DNA from: Elusimicrobiales bacterium
GTDB taxonomy: Bacteria > Elusimicrobiota > Elusimicrobia > Elusimicrobiales > UBA9959
Length of the DNA stretch: 64,000 bases
Reading direction: 5' to 3'
Assembly (NCBI GenBank): GCA_023701245.1
Contig: JAMPXK010000002.1
Location: 40,960-104,959 of the forward strand
Shown here: positions 51,035 to 60,160 of the stretch, one piece after another
Position numbering within the stretch: the first letter of the stretch is position 1
Layout: the number at the start of each line of letters is the position of its first letter
Made by a program: the position numbers and the translations under genes
The notes under the pieces: model-generated
What the model was told of the DNA's origin: nothing
What the model saw: only the letters and a program-made list of their open reading frames with translations
Database searches by the model: none

Positions 51035-52771
51035 ATGAAAAAACTATCCAAGCTCCTGGAGAAGTTCCATAAACTGCACCTGGGGCTGTACGTCCTGTTC
51101 TCGCTGATGGTCTACTTCGGGGGGGTGACGGGCTACCTGTTCGAAAGGTTCTCCCTTATAGACACCGCCCTGCTGGAGCAGGAGTGGGAGCATAACCGCG
51201 GCTTAAGGGCCAAAGGTGAAAAATACACGCCTCCCAAGGACATCGCCAAAAAGATCTTCAAGCCGCTGAACCTCACCGAACGGATCACTTACCGGCGCAA
51301 GGACGGCAAGACGGAGAAGCTGGTGACCTACAGCGACCGCCAGGAGATACGCTGGTATTATTTCCTGTTCCTGGCGGCCTGGCTGTGGCCGCTTTACCGG
51401 TACAATTTCTCCAAAAAGCCGCAGGACCTGCGGGTCATAGAGCGCCGCATCATCCACCTGCCGGTGGTGATACTGGCGCTGGGCTGGGTAATAGCCCTGC
51501 AGCACTATTTCGTCAAGGCGGCGGCCTACGCCGCCCAGTACGGGCCGCTCCCGGGCAAAGTGACGGCGGTGCTTATCGTGTCGTCGCTGCTGTTCGTGGC
51601 CTTTGTCAGTTACCTGAACCTGGAGCTCACCGGCCTCTACATCCGCCGCAGGATAGCCCGGCCCTTCTTCCTGGCTACCAACCCCTACGGCCTCAAGCAG
51701 GGCTTCGCCATCAACCTCACGCTGCGCTACGCGCTCATGATCTTCTCGCTGGCCATGGTGCCGCTGCTGCTGAGCCTGTACATGCCGGTAATCACCAACC
51801 TGGAGGTCTTCGCCCAGCTCAAGGGCGCGGCGGGCCCCGACCGGCTGTGGGCCGTTGGCTACGACCTTATCCGCACGCTGATCCCTATTGTGATAGTGAG
51901 CGCCCTTACGGTGATAATAACGGCGTTCCAGCTGATATCCATAATTCTTTACCGCTACAACGTGCACGCCCCGGCCGGCGCGCTGGTGGAGCGCATGAAG
52001 GCCGTGGCGGGCGGCGATTTCAACTGCAAGACCTCGGTGCTGTATGCCGACGAACTGGGCCAGCTGAAAGGCCATTTCAACATGATGCTCGACGGGCTGG
52101 TGGAGCGGGACCATATAAAGGACACCTTCGGCCGGTACGTCTCCCTGGAGATAGCGGAAAAAATAATGAAGAGCGGCAAAGTTAATCTGGCCGGAGAGGA
52201 GATCCAGGCCACGGTGCTGTTCTCGGATATCCGCGGCTTTACGCCGCTCAGCGAGAAGCTGCCGCCGGTGGAGCTGATCCGCTTTCTGAACGAATATTTC
52301 ACTTACATCACCAAGCCGATAGCCGACAATAAGGGCGTGATAAACAAGTTCATAGGCGACGCCGTGATGGCCATTTTTTCGCCGGTGTTCGGCGTGGAGG
52401 ACCACCGGGCGGCGGGCCTGCGGGCCGCCCTCGGCATGCGCGAAGCCCTGAAGCGGTTCAACGCGCAGAAGCGCTACCCGGAGGTTTTCTTCGGGGTGGG
52501 GCTGCACAGCGGCGGCCTGGTGGCCGGCAACGTGGGCACCGAGTCGCGGCTCGAGTACACCGTGCTGGGCGATACCGTCAACGTGGCGTCGCGCATAGAA
52601 AGCCAGACCAAGATCTCCGCCACCCAGCTGCTGGCCAGCGAGGACGTGGTGCTGGGGCTGGATAAGAGCCAGTTCCCGGGCGTGGCTTTTCTGGAAGGCG
52701 CGCCCGTGCTGATGAAAGGCAAATCCAAACCCATGGTGCTCTACCGGGTGGAACCGGTAAGCGGCGCCTGA
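51035..52771 (+). CDS. membrane adenylate/guanylate cyclase with a HAMP domain
   Basis: Multiple TM spans, a HAMP-like linker, and the class III cyclase core ATVLFSDIRGFTPLSE, KFIGDAVMAIF and YTVLGDTVNVASR. Confidence 0.85.
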   Translation: MKKLSKLLEKFHKLHLGLYVLFSLMVYFGGVTGYLFERFSLIDTALLEQEWEHNRGLRAKGEKYTPPKDIAKKIFKPLNLTERITYRRKDGKTEKLVTYSDRQEIRWYYFLFLAAWLWPLYRYNFSKKPQDLRVIERRIIHLPVVILALGWVIALQHYFVKAAAYAAQYGPLPGKVTAVLIVSSLLFVAFVSYLNLELTGLYIRRRIARPFFLATNPYGLKQGFAINLTLRYALMIFSLAMVPLLLSLYMPVITNLEVFAQLKGAAGPDRLWAVGYDLIRTLIPIVIVSALTVIITAFQLISIILYRYNVHAPAGALVERMKAVAGGDFNCKTSVLYADELGQLKGHFNMMLDGLVERDHIKDTFGRYVSLEIAEKIMKSGKVNLAGEEIQATVLFSDIRGFTPLSEKLPPVELIRFLNEYFTYITKPIADNKGVINKFIGDAVMAIFSPVFGVEDHRAAGLRAALGMREALKRFNAQKRYPEVFFGVGLHSGGLVAGNVGTESRLEYTVLGDTVNVASRIESQTKISATQLLASEDVVLGLDKSQFPGVAFLEGAPVLMKGKSKPMVLYRVEPVSGA

Positions 52772-52873
52772 CGCCGCCGGGCCTTTCTTTTCCGCCGGCG
52801 AAGTAGCCCGCCGGGCCGGCTTTTTTATATCCTATACCGGAAGTCGTGCGCCGTAAAAATTCCGGAGGATGTA

Positions 52874-55174
52874 ATGAGCGACGTCTACGTTCCTAAAATA
52901 GCGGCCGAACTGGGGCTGAACCCCGCCGGGGTGGCCGCGGCCATAGGCCTCTTCAAAGAAGACGCCACTATCCCTTTCATTTCGCGCTACCGCAAGGAAG
53001 CCACCGGCGGCCTGGACGAGGTGGCCCTGGGCAGGATCCACGAGCGGCTGGAGCAGCTGAAGGAACTGGATGCCCGCCGCGAAGCTATCCTGAAATCCCT
53101 CACCGAGCGGAATTTGCTCACCCCCGAGCTGAAAACCAAAATAGACGCCGCGCAGACCCTGGCCAAGCTGGAGGACATTTACCTGCCCTTCCGGCCCAAG
53201 CGCCGCACCCGCGCCACCATAGCCAAAGAGAAAGGCCTGGAGCCGCTGGCCGACCAGGTTTACGCGCAGGGCGGCGAGGACCCCGCCGCGCTCGCGGCGC
53301 CGTTCATCAGCGGGGAGAAAGGCGTGAAGACGGCCGAAGAAGCCCTGGCCGGCGCGCGCGACATCATAGCCGAACGCGTGAGCGAGGACGAAGCCGCCCG
53401 CGCCCGCCTGCGATCTCTTTTCTCCCAGAAAGGCGTATTCCACTCCAGGGTGCTGGAAGGCAAAGAGGCCGAGGGAGCCAAATTCAAGGATTATTTCGAC
53501 TGGAAAGAGCCCGCCGCCAAGGCCCCGTCCCACCGCATCCTCGCCATGCGCCGCGGCGAGACCGAGGGCTTTCTCTCCATGCGCATAGAGGTGGAGGCCG
53601 AAGAGGCCATAAGCCTGCTGGAGCCGCTGTTCGTTAAGAACGCCGGCGCCTGCGGGCGGCAGGTGAAAGAGGCCGTGACCGATTCTTATAACCGCCTGCT
53701 GGCGCTGTCCATGGAAGGCGAGGCGCGGCTGGAGACCAAGAAGCGGGCCGACGCCCAGGCCATTGAGGTGTTCGCCCGCAACCTGCGCGAGATCCTTATG
53801 GGCTCGCCGCTGGGGCATAAGAATATCCTGGCGCTCGACCCGGGCTTCCGCACCGGCTGCAAGCTGGTCTGCCTGGACAGCAACGGCAAGCTTCTCCACG
53901 ACGACGTGGTCTACCCGCACAGCGGCGACGGCGCGGCCGCCTCCGCGGCGGCCAAGGTGAAGGAACTTGCCGCGAAGTTCAAGACCGAAGTTATAGCCAT
54001 AGGCAACGGCACCGCCGGCCGCGAGACCGAGGAGTTCGCCCGCGGCCTGAAGCTGGAGGGTGTGATCATAGTGATGGTCAACGAAAGCGGCGCCTCCGTG
54101 TATTCCGCCTCGGAAGTGGCCCGCAACGAATTCCCGGACAAGGACGTTACCGTGCGCGGCGCCGTGTCCATAGGCCGCCGCCTGATGGACCCGCTGGCGG
54201 AACTGGTCAAAATAGATCCCAAGAGCATAGGCGTGGGCCAGTACCAGCACGACGTGGATCAGAACGGCCTGAAGAAAAGCCTGGACGCCACCGTGGAGAG
54301 CTGCGTCAACAGCGTGGGCGTGGAAGTGAACACCGCCAGCCGCGAGCTGCTCAGCTACGTGTCGGGCCTGAACGCGGCCCTGGCCAAGAACATAGTGGAG
54401 TTCCGCAACGAGAACGGGGCTTTCCCCAGCCGCGCCGCGCTCAAGAAAGTGCCGCGCCTGGGGCCCAAAGCCTTCGAGCAGGCCGCCGGCTTCCTGCGGC
54501 TTTCCGGCGGCAAGAACCCGCTGGACGCCAGCGCCGTGCACCCCGAGCGTTATGAAATAGTCGAGAAGATGGCTTCCGACCTGGGCTGCAAGGTGCAGGA
54601 CCTGATGGCCGACGCCGCCCTGCGCGCCAGGATAGACATCTCCAAGTATATCTCGGACGGCGTTGGCGAGCCCACGCTGAAAGATATCCTGGCGGAACTC
54701 GCCAAGCCCGGCCGGGATCCCCGCAAGCAGTTCGAGGCCTTCGTTTTCGGCGAGGCGCAGAAGATAGGCGACCTGAAGCCCGGGGTTAAACTGCCGGGCA
54801 TAGTGACCAACGTGGCCGCCTTCGGCGCTTTTGTGGACATCGGCGTGCACCAGGACGGCCTGGTGCATGTCAGCGAACTGGCGGACAGGTTCGTGCAGGA
54901 CCCGGCCGCGGTGGTGAAAGTGGGGCAGCGGGTGAGCGTGACCGTGATAGACGTGGACCTGCCGCGCAACCGCATAGCCCTGTCCATGAAGTCCAACCCG
55001 GTGGTAGGCCCGCGCGAGAGCCGCGGCCCCCGCCAGGAACCGGCACAGCCCGCGGGACCCAGGCCCGGGTTCAACAGGGACCGCCGCCCCGACAATCGCC
55101 CCCGCCGCGAGGAAGCCCCGGCCGGGTCCATGGCCGAGGCCCTGAAGGCCTTTATGGACAAGCGCCGCAGTTGA
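52874..55174 (+). CDS. tex: Tex-like transcription accessory protein with a C-terminal S1 domain
   Basis: ATIPFISRYRKE, a YqgF/RuvC-like core, an HhH region, and the S1 domain GIVTNVAAFGAFVDIGVHQDGLVHVSEL. Confidence 0.92.
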   Translation: MSDVYVPKIAAELGLNPAGVAAAIGLFKEDATIPFISRYRKEATGGLDEVALGRIHERLEQLKELDARREAILKSLTERNLLTPELKTKIDAAQTLAKLEDIYLPFRPKRRTRATIAKEKGLEPLADQVYAQGGEDPAALAAPFISGEKGVKTAEEALAGARDIIAERVSEDEAARARLRSLFSQKGVFHSRVLEGKEAEGAKFKDYFDWKEPAAKAPSHRILAMRRGETEGFLSMRIEVEAEEAISLLEPLFVKNAGACGRQVKEAVTDSYNRLLALSMEGEARLETKKRADAQAIEVFARNLREILMGSPLGHKNILALDPGFRTGCKLVCLDSNGKLLHDDVVYPHSGDGAAASAAAKVKELAAKFKTEVIAIGNGTAGRETEEFARGLKLEGVIIVMVNESGASVYSASEVARNEFPDKDVTVRGAVSIGRRLMDPLAELVKIDPKSIGVGQYQHDVDQNGLKKSLDATVESCVNSVGVEVNTASRELLSYVSGLNAALAKNIVEFRNENGAFPSRAALKKVPRLGPKAFEQAAGFLRLSGGKNPLDASAVHPERYEIVEKMASDLGCKVQDLMADAALRARIDISKYISDGVGEPTLKDILAELAKPGRDPRKQFEAFVFGEAQKIGDLKPGVKLPGIVTNVAAFGAFVDIGVHQDGLVHVSELADRFVQDPAAVVKVGQRVSVTVIDVDLPRNRIALSMKSNPVVGPRESRGPRQEPAQPAGPRPGFNRDRRPDNRPRREEAPAGSMAEALKAFMDKRRS

Positions 55175-55188
55175 GCGGGAGGGCAGGT

Positions 55189-55230
55189 AAAAAGAGAAGA
55201 CCCCGGAAAGTTCCGGGGTCTTCTTTTTTA
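55189..55230. terminator. bidirectional intrinsic terminator
   Basis: AAAAAG-AGAAGACCCCGG-aaagtt-CCGGGGTCTTCT-TTTTT. Confidence 0.8.
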
Positions 55231-55241
55231 CGGCGCGCCGT

Positions 55242-55631
55242 TTATTGAGGGCGGGTGCCCGGTGAAATGCCTTCCAGGCGCTTAAGCCCGGTCCTGATGT
55301 CCAGATTGTTCGGGTCCAGTTTTTCAGCCGCCAGCCATTCTTTCCAGGCTTCGGGGTATTTTTTGTCCTGGAAGAACTTCAGGCCGCGCTCGAAGCCTTC
55401 CCTGGCCGCCTCCGCCTGGGCGGGGGAGACCGTGACGGCCTTAGGGGTCGTGTCCACTGGCAGCGGCGCTTGGGCGGGGGTGCCGTGGGTGTACGCCAGG
55501 GACGCCCCGGTATGCGGGCCGCCTTCCATCATATCTTTCAGCGAGTCCAGTATTCTGCCCTCCGTGGCGGGTATGGCTATAAGCGCGGCTACCGCCAGCA
55601 GCCAAAGGGCTATTTTGACCTGTATTTTCAT
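55242..55631 (-). CDS. membrane-anchored small protein with one TPR-like unit
   Basis: ATG 55631 with SD AAGGAGAG (the track ORF is longer). N-terminal anchor IALWLLAVAALIAIPA and C-terminal KKYPEAWKEWLAAEKLDPNN. Confidence 0.55.
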   Translation of the reverse strand: MKIQVKIALWLLAVAALIAIPATEGRILDSLKDMMEGGPHTGASLAYTHGTPAQAPLPVDTTPKAVTVSPAQAEAAREGFERGLKFFQDKKYPEAWKEWLAAEKLDPNNLDIRTGLKRLEGISPGTRPQ

Positions 55632-55777
55632 GGCCTCTCCTTGGGGGTACCCCCCAGTATAAGTATATCCCGGCCCTGTTGCGCAATTATTGCGCGGCCG
55701 GGGGGAGGGCCTATTGGGTACCAGGGGTAGGCCTTTGGACACTTTCAGGTCCCAGGGGTGCCTGTTAGACTATAACC

Positions 55778-57049
55778 ATGAGAAAACTTATCCTCGCGGT
55801 CATAGCGGCGGTCAACTTCTCCGGGAGCGGTTTCGCCGGGGAGTTCGCGCTCGATTCTTTGAGCCTCGCCGACCTTAAGGCGTCGCAGGAGAACCTGGAA
55901 CTCAGCGTTCCGGCCCCTGAAGAGATAGCGGCCATGACCAAGGCCCCCAACCAGCCGGCCCCCCTGCTGGACATGACCATTAAACTGCCTTTCAGCTCCC
56001 TCAGCTCCCGCCTGGCCGACCTGCCCGGCATAAAGATGCGCCCTATCAGCTCCGTTTCCCCCGTGCTTTTCCGCAGGGGCGACCAGATAGTTTTCGGCAA
56101 CGTGGCCGTGGACTATAACGGTATAGAGGTGGAGCCCACCCTTATTATTAAACCCTTTTTCGAAGGCGAGAACCGCCTGGCCATCAAAGTGGTGAAAGTG
56201 GAGGCCGACATAGCCTTCGGGCCCAAGGCCAAGGCCGCTTTCGACGCCCAGATGGACAAGAACGGCCTGATGGAACTGGTGATGACCAACCTCACCACCG
56301 GCATCCTGGAATCCATGGACGCCGCCTTCTCCAAGAACAAGGTGCCGCTGCGGGCCAGGGACGTGCTGACCTTCAACTATGACCGCCTCAGCTGGACCAT
56401 GCGTTCCACCGTGAACCCCAAGTTCATCGCGCCGCTCCTGCCCGGCTTCATCAGCAACGTGAGCCTGAGCAATTTCACCTTCGACGACGCCGGTTTCGCG
56501 CTGAGCGTGAAGTCCGGGTCCGCCAGCGCCGCGCAGCTGGCCGGCTATAACCTGACCGTGTCCGACGGCCTGCTGGACAATTTCATCAACCAGTTCACGC
56601 AGAAGACCGACTTCGAATTCCATCCCCAGGGCAAAGAGGGCGGCCTTAAGTTCCGCGCTGACGGCCGCCTGGAAGTGGCCGGCAAGATCTACGCCCGCGA
56701 CGTGTTCGGCAAGCCCAACGTGTATTTCAAGGCCACCATCCTGCCCGAGCTCACCGGCCCCAACACCCTGAAGGTGAAGGTGGAGCGCGTGGACGTGGAC
56801 CAGGCTTACGGCATCGGCATCCCCGGCTTCATCAACAACTGGATCCAGGGTAAGGTCATCCGCTCCATCACCGAGACCCTGGTCTCCAACCCGGAACTGG
56901 CCAAGGTGATGACCGCCACCAAGCTCGACGACAAGACCGTCCAGATCGTCCTCAAGAACAGCGCTTTCATGCCCTCCTTCGCCAAGGGCGCGGTCATAAA
57001 GAACCTGCGGATAGTCAACGGCCTTATGTACCTCGGGTTCGAACTGTAA
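55778..57049 (+). CDS. secreted protein, unknown function (paralog of 57072-57809, with an extra repeated module)
   Basis: Signal peptide. NGIEVEPTLIIKPFFEGENRLAIKVVKVEADIAF matches NGISVTPTLTLKPYLEAKNRLAIRVQRIQLHASM in the next gene. Confidence 0.65.
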   Translation: MRKLILAVIAAVNFSGSGFAGEFALDSLSLADLKASQENLELSVPAPEEIAAMTKAPNQPAPLLDMTIKLPFSSLSSRLADLPGIKMRPISSVSPVLFRRGDQIVFGNVAVDYNGIEVEPTLIIKPFFEGENRLAIKVVKVEADIAFGPKAKAAFDAQMDKNGLMELVMTNLTTGILESMDAAFSKNKVPLRARDVLTFNYDRLSWTMRSTVNPKFIAPLLPGFISNVSLSNFTFDDAGFALSVKSGSASAAQLAGYNLTVSDGLLDNFINQFTQKTDFEFHPQGKEGGLKFRADGRLEVAGKIYARDVFGKPNVYFKATILPELTGPNTLKVKVERVDVDQAYGIGIPGFINNWIQGKVIRSITETLVSNPELAKVMTATKLDDKTVQIVLKNSAFMPSFAKGAVIKNLRIVNGLMYLGFEL

Positions 57050-57071
57050 GCCGCGGCCAGGGAGAAAATTT

Positions 57072-57809
57072 ATGAAAAACAACACCTTTAAACTGCTGAT
57101 AGCCGCGGCCGGCCTGCTGCTCTGCGGCGGCGCCAGCGCCTCGGACTTCGGCCTGGACGCGCTGGGCGCCGAAGACATCCGCGTCATCCAGGCGGATGTG
57201 AGGGCCCCGGCCCCCCAGGTTGCCGCCGACGAACTGATAGGCGTGGACATGAACGTCCGGGTGCCTTACAAGACCCTCAAGAAAGCCACGCTGATGGTGG
57301 CGGCCGGAGAACGGCGCCTGACCATCATAAACAAGGACGCCCCGGTGGTCTTCAAATCCGGCGAGTTCCTCCGGATCAGCAACATCCACATCGACGCCAA
57401 CGGCATCAGCGTGACCCCCACGCTGACCCTGAAGCCCTACCTCGAGGCGAAGAACCGCCTGGCCATCCGCGTCCAGCGTATACAGCTGCACGCTTCCATG
57501 GAGCCGTCCGTGAAGGCCGCGTCGCTGCCCGTTATCAACGAGGAAGAGGTGATGATGCAGGTGATGGACGTCATGATAAAAGGCGTCTACACCGCCCTGA
57601 ACAATTTCCTCAAGGAAAAACAGATCCCCATGAAGGCCGAAGACGTGGTACGGATGCAGTACAACAAGGCCGACTGGACCCTGCGGGCCACCGTGTCCTC
57701 CAGGATCATGGGCCAGTTCATCCCGCCCGGCCTGGTAGGGGAACTGCACCTGACCGGGTTCTCGTTCAACGACTCCGGCCTGGTCCTGACCATCCAGACC
57801 GCCGGCTGA
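57072..57809 (+). CDS. secreted protein, unknown function (paralog of 55778-57049)
   Basis: Signal peptide LLLCGGASA/SD. Shared N-terminal and C-terminal blocks with the upstream gene. Confidence 0.65.
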   Translation: MKNNTFKLLIAAAGLLLCGGASASDFGLDALGAEDIRVIQADVRAPAPQVAADELIGVDMNVRVPYKTLKKATLMVAAGERRLTIINKDAPVVFKSGEFLRISNIHIDANGISVTPTLTLKPYLEAKNRLAIRVQRIQLHASMEPSVKAASLPVINEEEVMMQVMDVMIKGVYTALNNFLKEKQIPMKAEDVVRMQYNKADWTLRATVSSRIMGQFIPPGLVGELHLTGFSFNDSGLVLTIQTAG

Positions 57810-57825
57810 AGCCGGTCCTCGGACG

Positions 57826-57857
57826 AAAAGCCCCGCCCCGGCGGGGCTTTTTATTTT
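57826..57857 (+). terminator. intrinsic terminator
   Basis: AAAA-GCCCCGC-cccg-GCGGGGC-TTTTTATTTT. Confidence 0.8.
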
Positions 57858-57889
57858 CCTATAATCTTGTTTTACCCACAGGAGGCTGT

Positions 57890-58297
57890 ATGCTTTTCGA
57901 TAAAATGAGCGCGGACATGGTGAAGGCCCTGATAGAGACCATCCCGGCGGAGATCACGGTGATAGACGCCAACGACGAGGTGGTGGGCTGGAACAAGCAC
58001 GAGACCCGCGTTTTCAGGCGGCCCATGACGGCCATGGGGATGAATTTCAGGCAGTGCCATCCCCAGAAAAGCCTGGACCTGGTAGAGCGCCTGATAGGCG
58101 AGATGAAGGCCGGCACCCGCGACAAGGCGACTTTCTGGATAGACCTGGAAGTTGTAAAGGGCGAACCAAAGCACAAGATGCTTATAGAGTTCTTCGCCCT
58201 GCGCGACGACAAGAAAAACTATATCGGCTGCCTGGAATTCACCCAGGACGTGCAGGAGATCCGCGCCCTGCAGGGGCAGCGGCGCCTGATGGATTAG
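57890..58297 (+). CDS. stand-alone PAS-like domain protein
   Basis: 135 aa. IPAEITVIDANDEVVGWNKHETRVFRRP...FRQCHPQKS...MLIEFFALRD resembles the PAS module found with DUF438-type proteins. Confidence 0.55.
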   Translation: MLFDKMSADMVKALIETIPAEITVIDANDEVVGWNKHETRVFRRPMTAMGMNFRQCHPQKSLDLVERLIGEMKAGTRDKATFWIDLEVVKGEPKHKMLIEFFALRDDKKNYIGCLEFTQDVQEIRALQGQRRLMD

Positions 58298-58316
58298 GCC
58301 GGGGGGGCTTAAAATG

Positions 58317-58345
58317 AAAAAGCCCGGCATCTGCCGGGCTTTTTT
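58317..58345. terminator. bidirectional intrinsic terminator
   Basis: AAAAA-GCCCGGC-atct-GCCGGGC-TTTTT. Confidence 0.8.
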
Positions 58346-58357
58346 GCGCCCCGGGGC

Positions 58358-58981
58358 CTACTTGGCCGACAACTCCGGCCAGATGGGGGAGAGGGAGCGG
58401 ATGAAGGCGTCTGTGATGCTGCTCATGGCCGAGGTGATATCGAAACCTTCGTAGGCCATGGAGGCGGACCACATGACCGACCCGGTCTGCACGTCCACCA
58501 TGCGCGACAGCAGCGAAACGTTGGCCGTGGTGCTGAGCAGCTGGGCCGTGGGCAGGCCCATGACCGCGCCCTCGGAGTAGACGGTATTGCCGCTGACCTG
58601 TGTGACGTTGGACTGCGGGTTGGCCGACTGGCTGACTATGTAGGTGCTCTGCGGGGTGCTTTCCGCCACCGTTCCCACAAAGAGCGCGTCCACTCCCAGC
58701 AGCCGGCCCAGCTGCTTGGCCGTGGCCGGGTCGAAAGCGGAAGAGGCGGTAAGCGACTGCTCGCGCAGCACCGAGTCCAGGCGCTGGCGCTCCACCACGT
58801 CGGCGCCGCGTTCCAGCAGGCTTTGGGTCATCACGTCCGCGGCCAGGTCGCCCTTGGGCCCGGAGAAAGAGAGGACGGCTACCCGTTTTATGCCCGAGAA
58901 ATCGGCGCGCGGGTTGACCGCCACCTTGGGGGCCGTACAGGCGGAAAGCAGCAGGGCCAGGGCCAGGATAAAGTTTTTCAT
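58358..58981 (-). CDS. CsgG/LpoB-like periplasmic lipoprotein
   Basis: Lipobox LLSAC. KRVAVLSFSG...AADVMTQSLLERGADVVERQRLDSVLREQ...LGVDALFVGTV is the CsgG-type pattern. Confidence 0.6.
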   Translation of the reverse strand: MKNFILALALLLSACTAPKVAVNPRADFSGIKRVAVLSFSGPKGDLAADVMTQSLLERGADVVERQRLDSVLREQSLTASSAFDPATAKQLGRLLGVDALFVGTVAESTPQSTYIVSQSANPQSNVTQVSGNTVYSEGAVMGLPTAQLLSTTANVSLLSRMVDVQTGSVMWSASMAYEGFDITSAMSSITDAFIRSLSPIWPELSAK

Positions 58982-58984
58982 AGG

Positions 58985-59395
58985 TCAGGGCTGGCTCAGG
59001 TGGTGGATGTGGCGGGCGGCGGTGTCGCGCATGCGGGCGTCCTGGGCGTTCTCCAGGCAGGCCTTCCAGGCCGCCAGCGCTTTGTCCTTAAGGCCCTTCT
59101 TTTCATAGATGAGCCCGAGCATGTACCAGGCCGGGGCTTTTTTGGGGTCCAGCCGGACGGCGTTCTCGAAAGCGCGCTGGGCGTCGTCGGCCTGGCGCAG
59201 GCGGGCGTAGGTAAAGCCCAGGCGCGTGTATAGTTCGGGGTCGGAGGGGGAGGCCAGTACCAGCTTCTCCAGTTGGGCGGCTTCCTGCTGAAGGGCCGCG
59301 CGCGCTTCGGGGGTCTCGCCGGGCGGCGGCTGGGGCGGTTCGGCGGCCAGCAGGGCCGGCGCCAGCAGCAGTACCGCTATAAGTGTGTTTTTCAT
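58985..59395 (-). CDS. secreted TPR-repeat protein
   Basis: Signal peptide plus TPR units (LYTRLGFTYARLRQADDAQRAFENAVRLDPKKAPAWYMLGLIYEKKG). Confidence 0.7.
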   Translation of the reverse strand: MKNTLIAVLLLAPALLAAEPPQPPPGETPEARAALQQEAAQLEKLVLASPSDPELYTRLGFTYARLRQADDAQRAFENAVRLDPKKAPAWYMLGLIYEKKGLKDKALAAWKACLENAQDARMRDTAARHIHHLSQP

Positions 59396-59440
59396 GGTAA
59401 CCTCGCTCTTAAGAACGATATAAAATTTGGCGCGGCTTTT

Positions 59441-59475
59441 ACAGGAAAATGAGGGCCCCCGCAGTTGCGGGGGCC
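59441..59475 (-). terminator. intrinsic terminator ending the GC-rich RNA/leader
   Basis: On the minus strand, GGCCCCCGC-aacu-GCGGGGGCC followed by CUCAUUUUCC. Confidence 0.6.
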
Positions 59476-59687
59476 ATCACCCGGCCGCAGGGCCGGAACC
59501 AAGGGCGCGCCCCGGATAAGGGGCCAAGCGCCAGCCCGGGGAACCGCGCCGCCAACAGGCGGGGGGACCGGGCGCCCGGCAACCGCCCGCCATACGCGGC
59601 CGCGGACCGGGGAAGCGCCGGGGCCGGGCGACTCACCGGGACCCAAACCACACCACACCGACGGCGCACCGAAAAGAGCAAGGCTGC
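59445..59687 (-). ncRNA. candidate ~240-nt GC-rich structured RNA or 5' leader, unclassified
   Basis: Bounded by a TTGACA-17-TATACT promoter and an intrinsic terminator. It contains only Arg/Pro/Gly-rich junk ORFs and several local GC hairpins (CCGCC-tgtt-GGCGG, GGGCG-N9-CGCCC, CCGGCC-ctgc-GGCCGG). It ends 50 nt before the TPR gene ATG. Confidence 0.35.
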
Positions 59688-59693
59688 ACTAGG

Positions 59694-59722
59694 AGTATAA
59701 CAGCACCCCGTTGACTTGTCAA
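59694..59722 (-). promoter_or_regulatory. sigma70-type promoter TTGACA-17-TATACT
   Basis: Minus-strand TTGACA (59717-59722), a 17-nt spacer, and TATACT (59694-59699). The -35 lies within the palindrome TTGAC-TT-GTCAA. Confidence 0.6.
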
Positions 59723-59785
59723 GGCCTAAAAAAGGCCCAGGGAAAAAGCGCCGGTGATTTTGCTACCATAAGGACCGGAGGCCTC

Positions 59786-60160
59786 ATGAAATTCACTTTT
59801 TCACACAACAACCTGAACGTGCTGGACCTGGAAAAAAGCCTGGAATTCTACAAGACGGCGTTGGGGCTGGCGGAGACGCGCCGCAAGACCGCGGCCGACG
59901 GCAGTTTTACGCTGGTTTTCCTCGGCGACGGCGTTACCCCGCACCGGCTGGAACTGACCTGGCTGCGCGACAGGAAGGAAAAGTACGCCCTGGGCGACAA
60001 CGAGATCCACCTGGCGTTCACCGCCGCGGACTATAAGGCCGCCCATGAACTGCACAAGAAAATGGGCTGCGTCTGTTACGAGAACGAGGCGATGGGCATT
60101 TACTTCATAGAGGACCCGGACGGTTACTGGCTGGAGATCCTGCCGGAGAAAAAAGGGTGA
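59786..60160 (+). CDS. VOC family protein / lactoylglutathione lyase-like
   Basis: ATG 59786 with SD GGAGG (the track ORF is longer). HNNLNVLDLEKSLEFYKTALGL, HLAFTA and YFIEDPDGYWLEI. Confidence 0.85.
   Translation: MKFTFSHNNLNVLDLEKSLEFYKTALGLAETRRKTAADGSFTLVFLGDGVTPHRLELTWLRDRKEKYALGDNEIHLAFTAADYKAAHELHKKMGCVCYENEAMGIYFIEDPDGYWLEILPEKKG

Noticed and set aside
52832-54868. 678-aa minus-strand ORF opposite tex.
   Set aside because: tex is unmistakable on the plus strand (YqgF-like, HhH and S1 domains). The antisense ORF has no motifs.
59392-59700. Several 75-88-aa ORFs on both strands in the GC-rich spacer upstream of the TPR gene.
   Set aside because: The translations are Arg/Pro/Gly-rich low-complexity sequences with no SD or plausible starts. 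The region is better explained as a non-coding RNA or leader.
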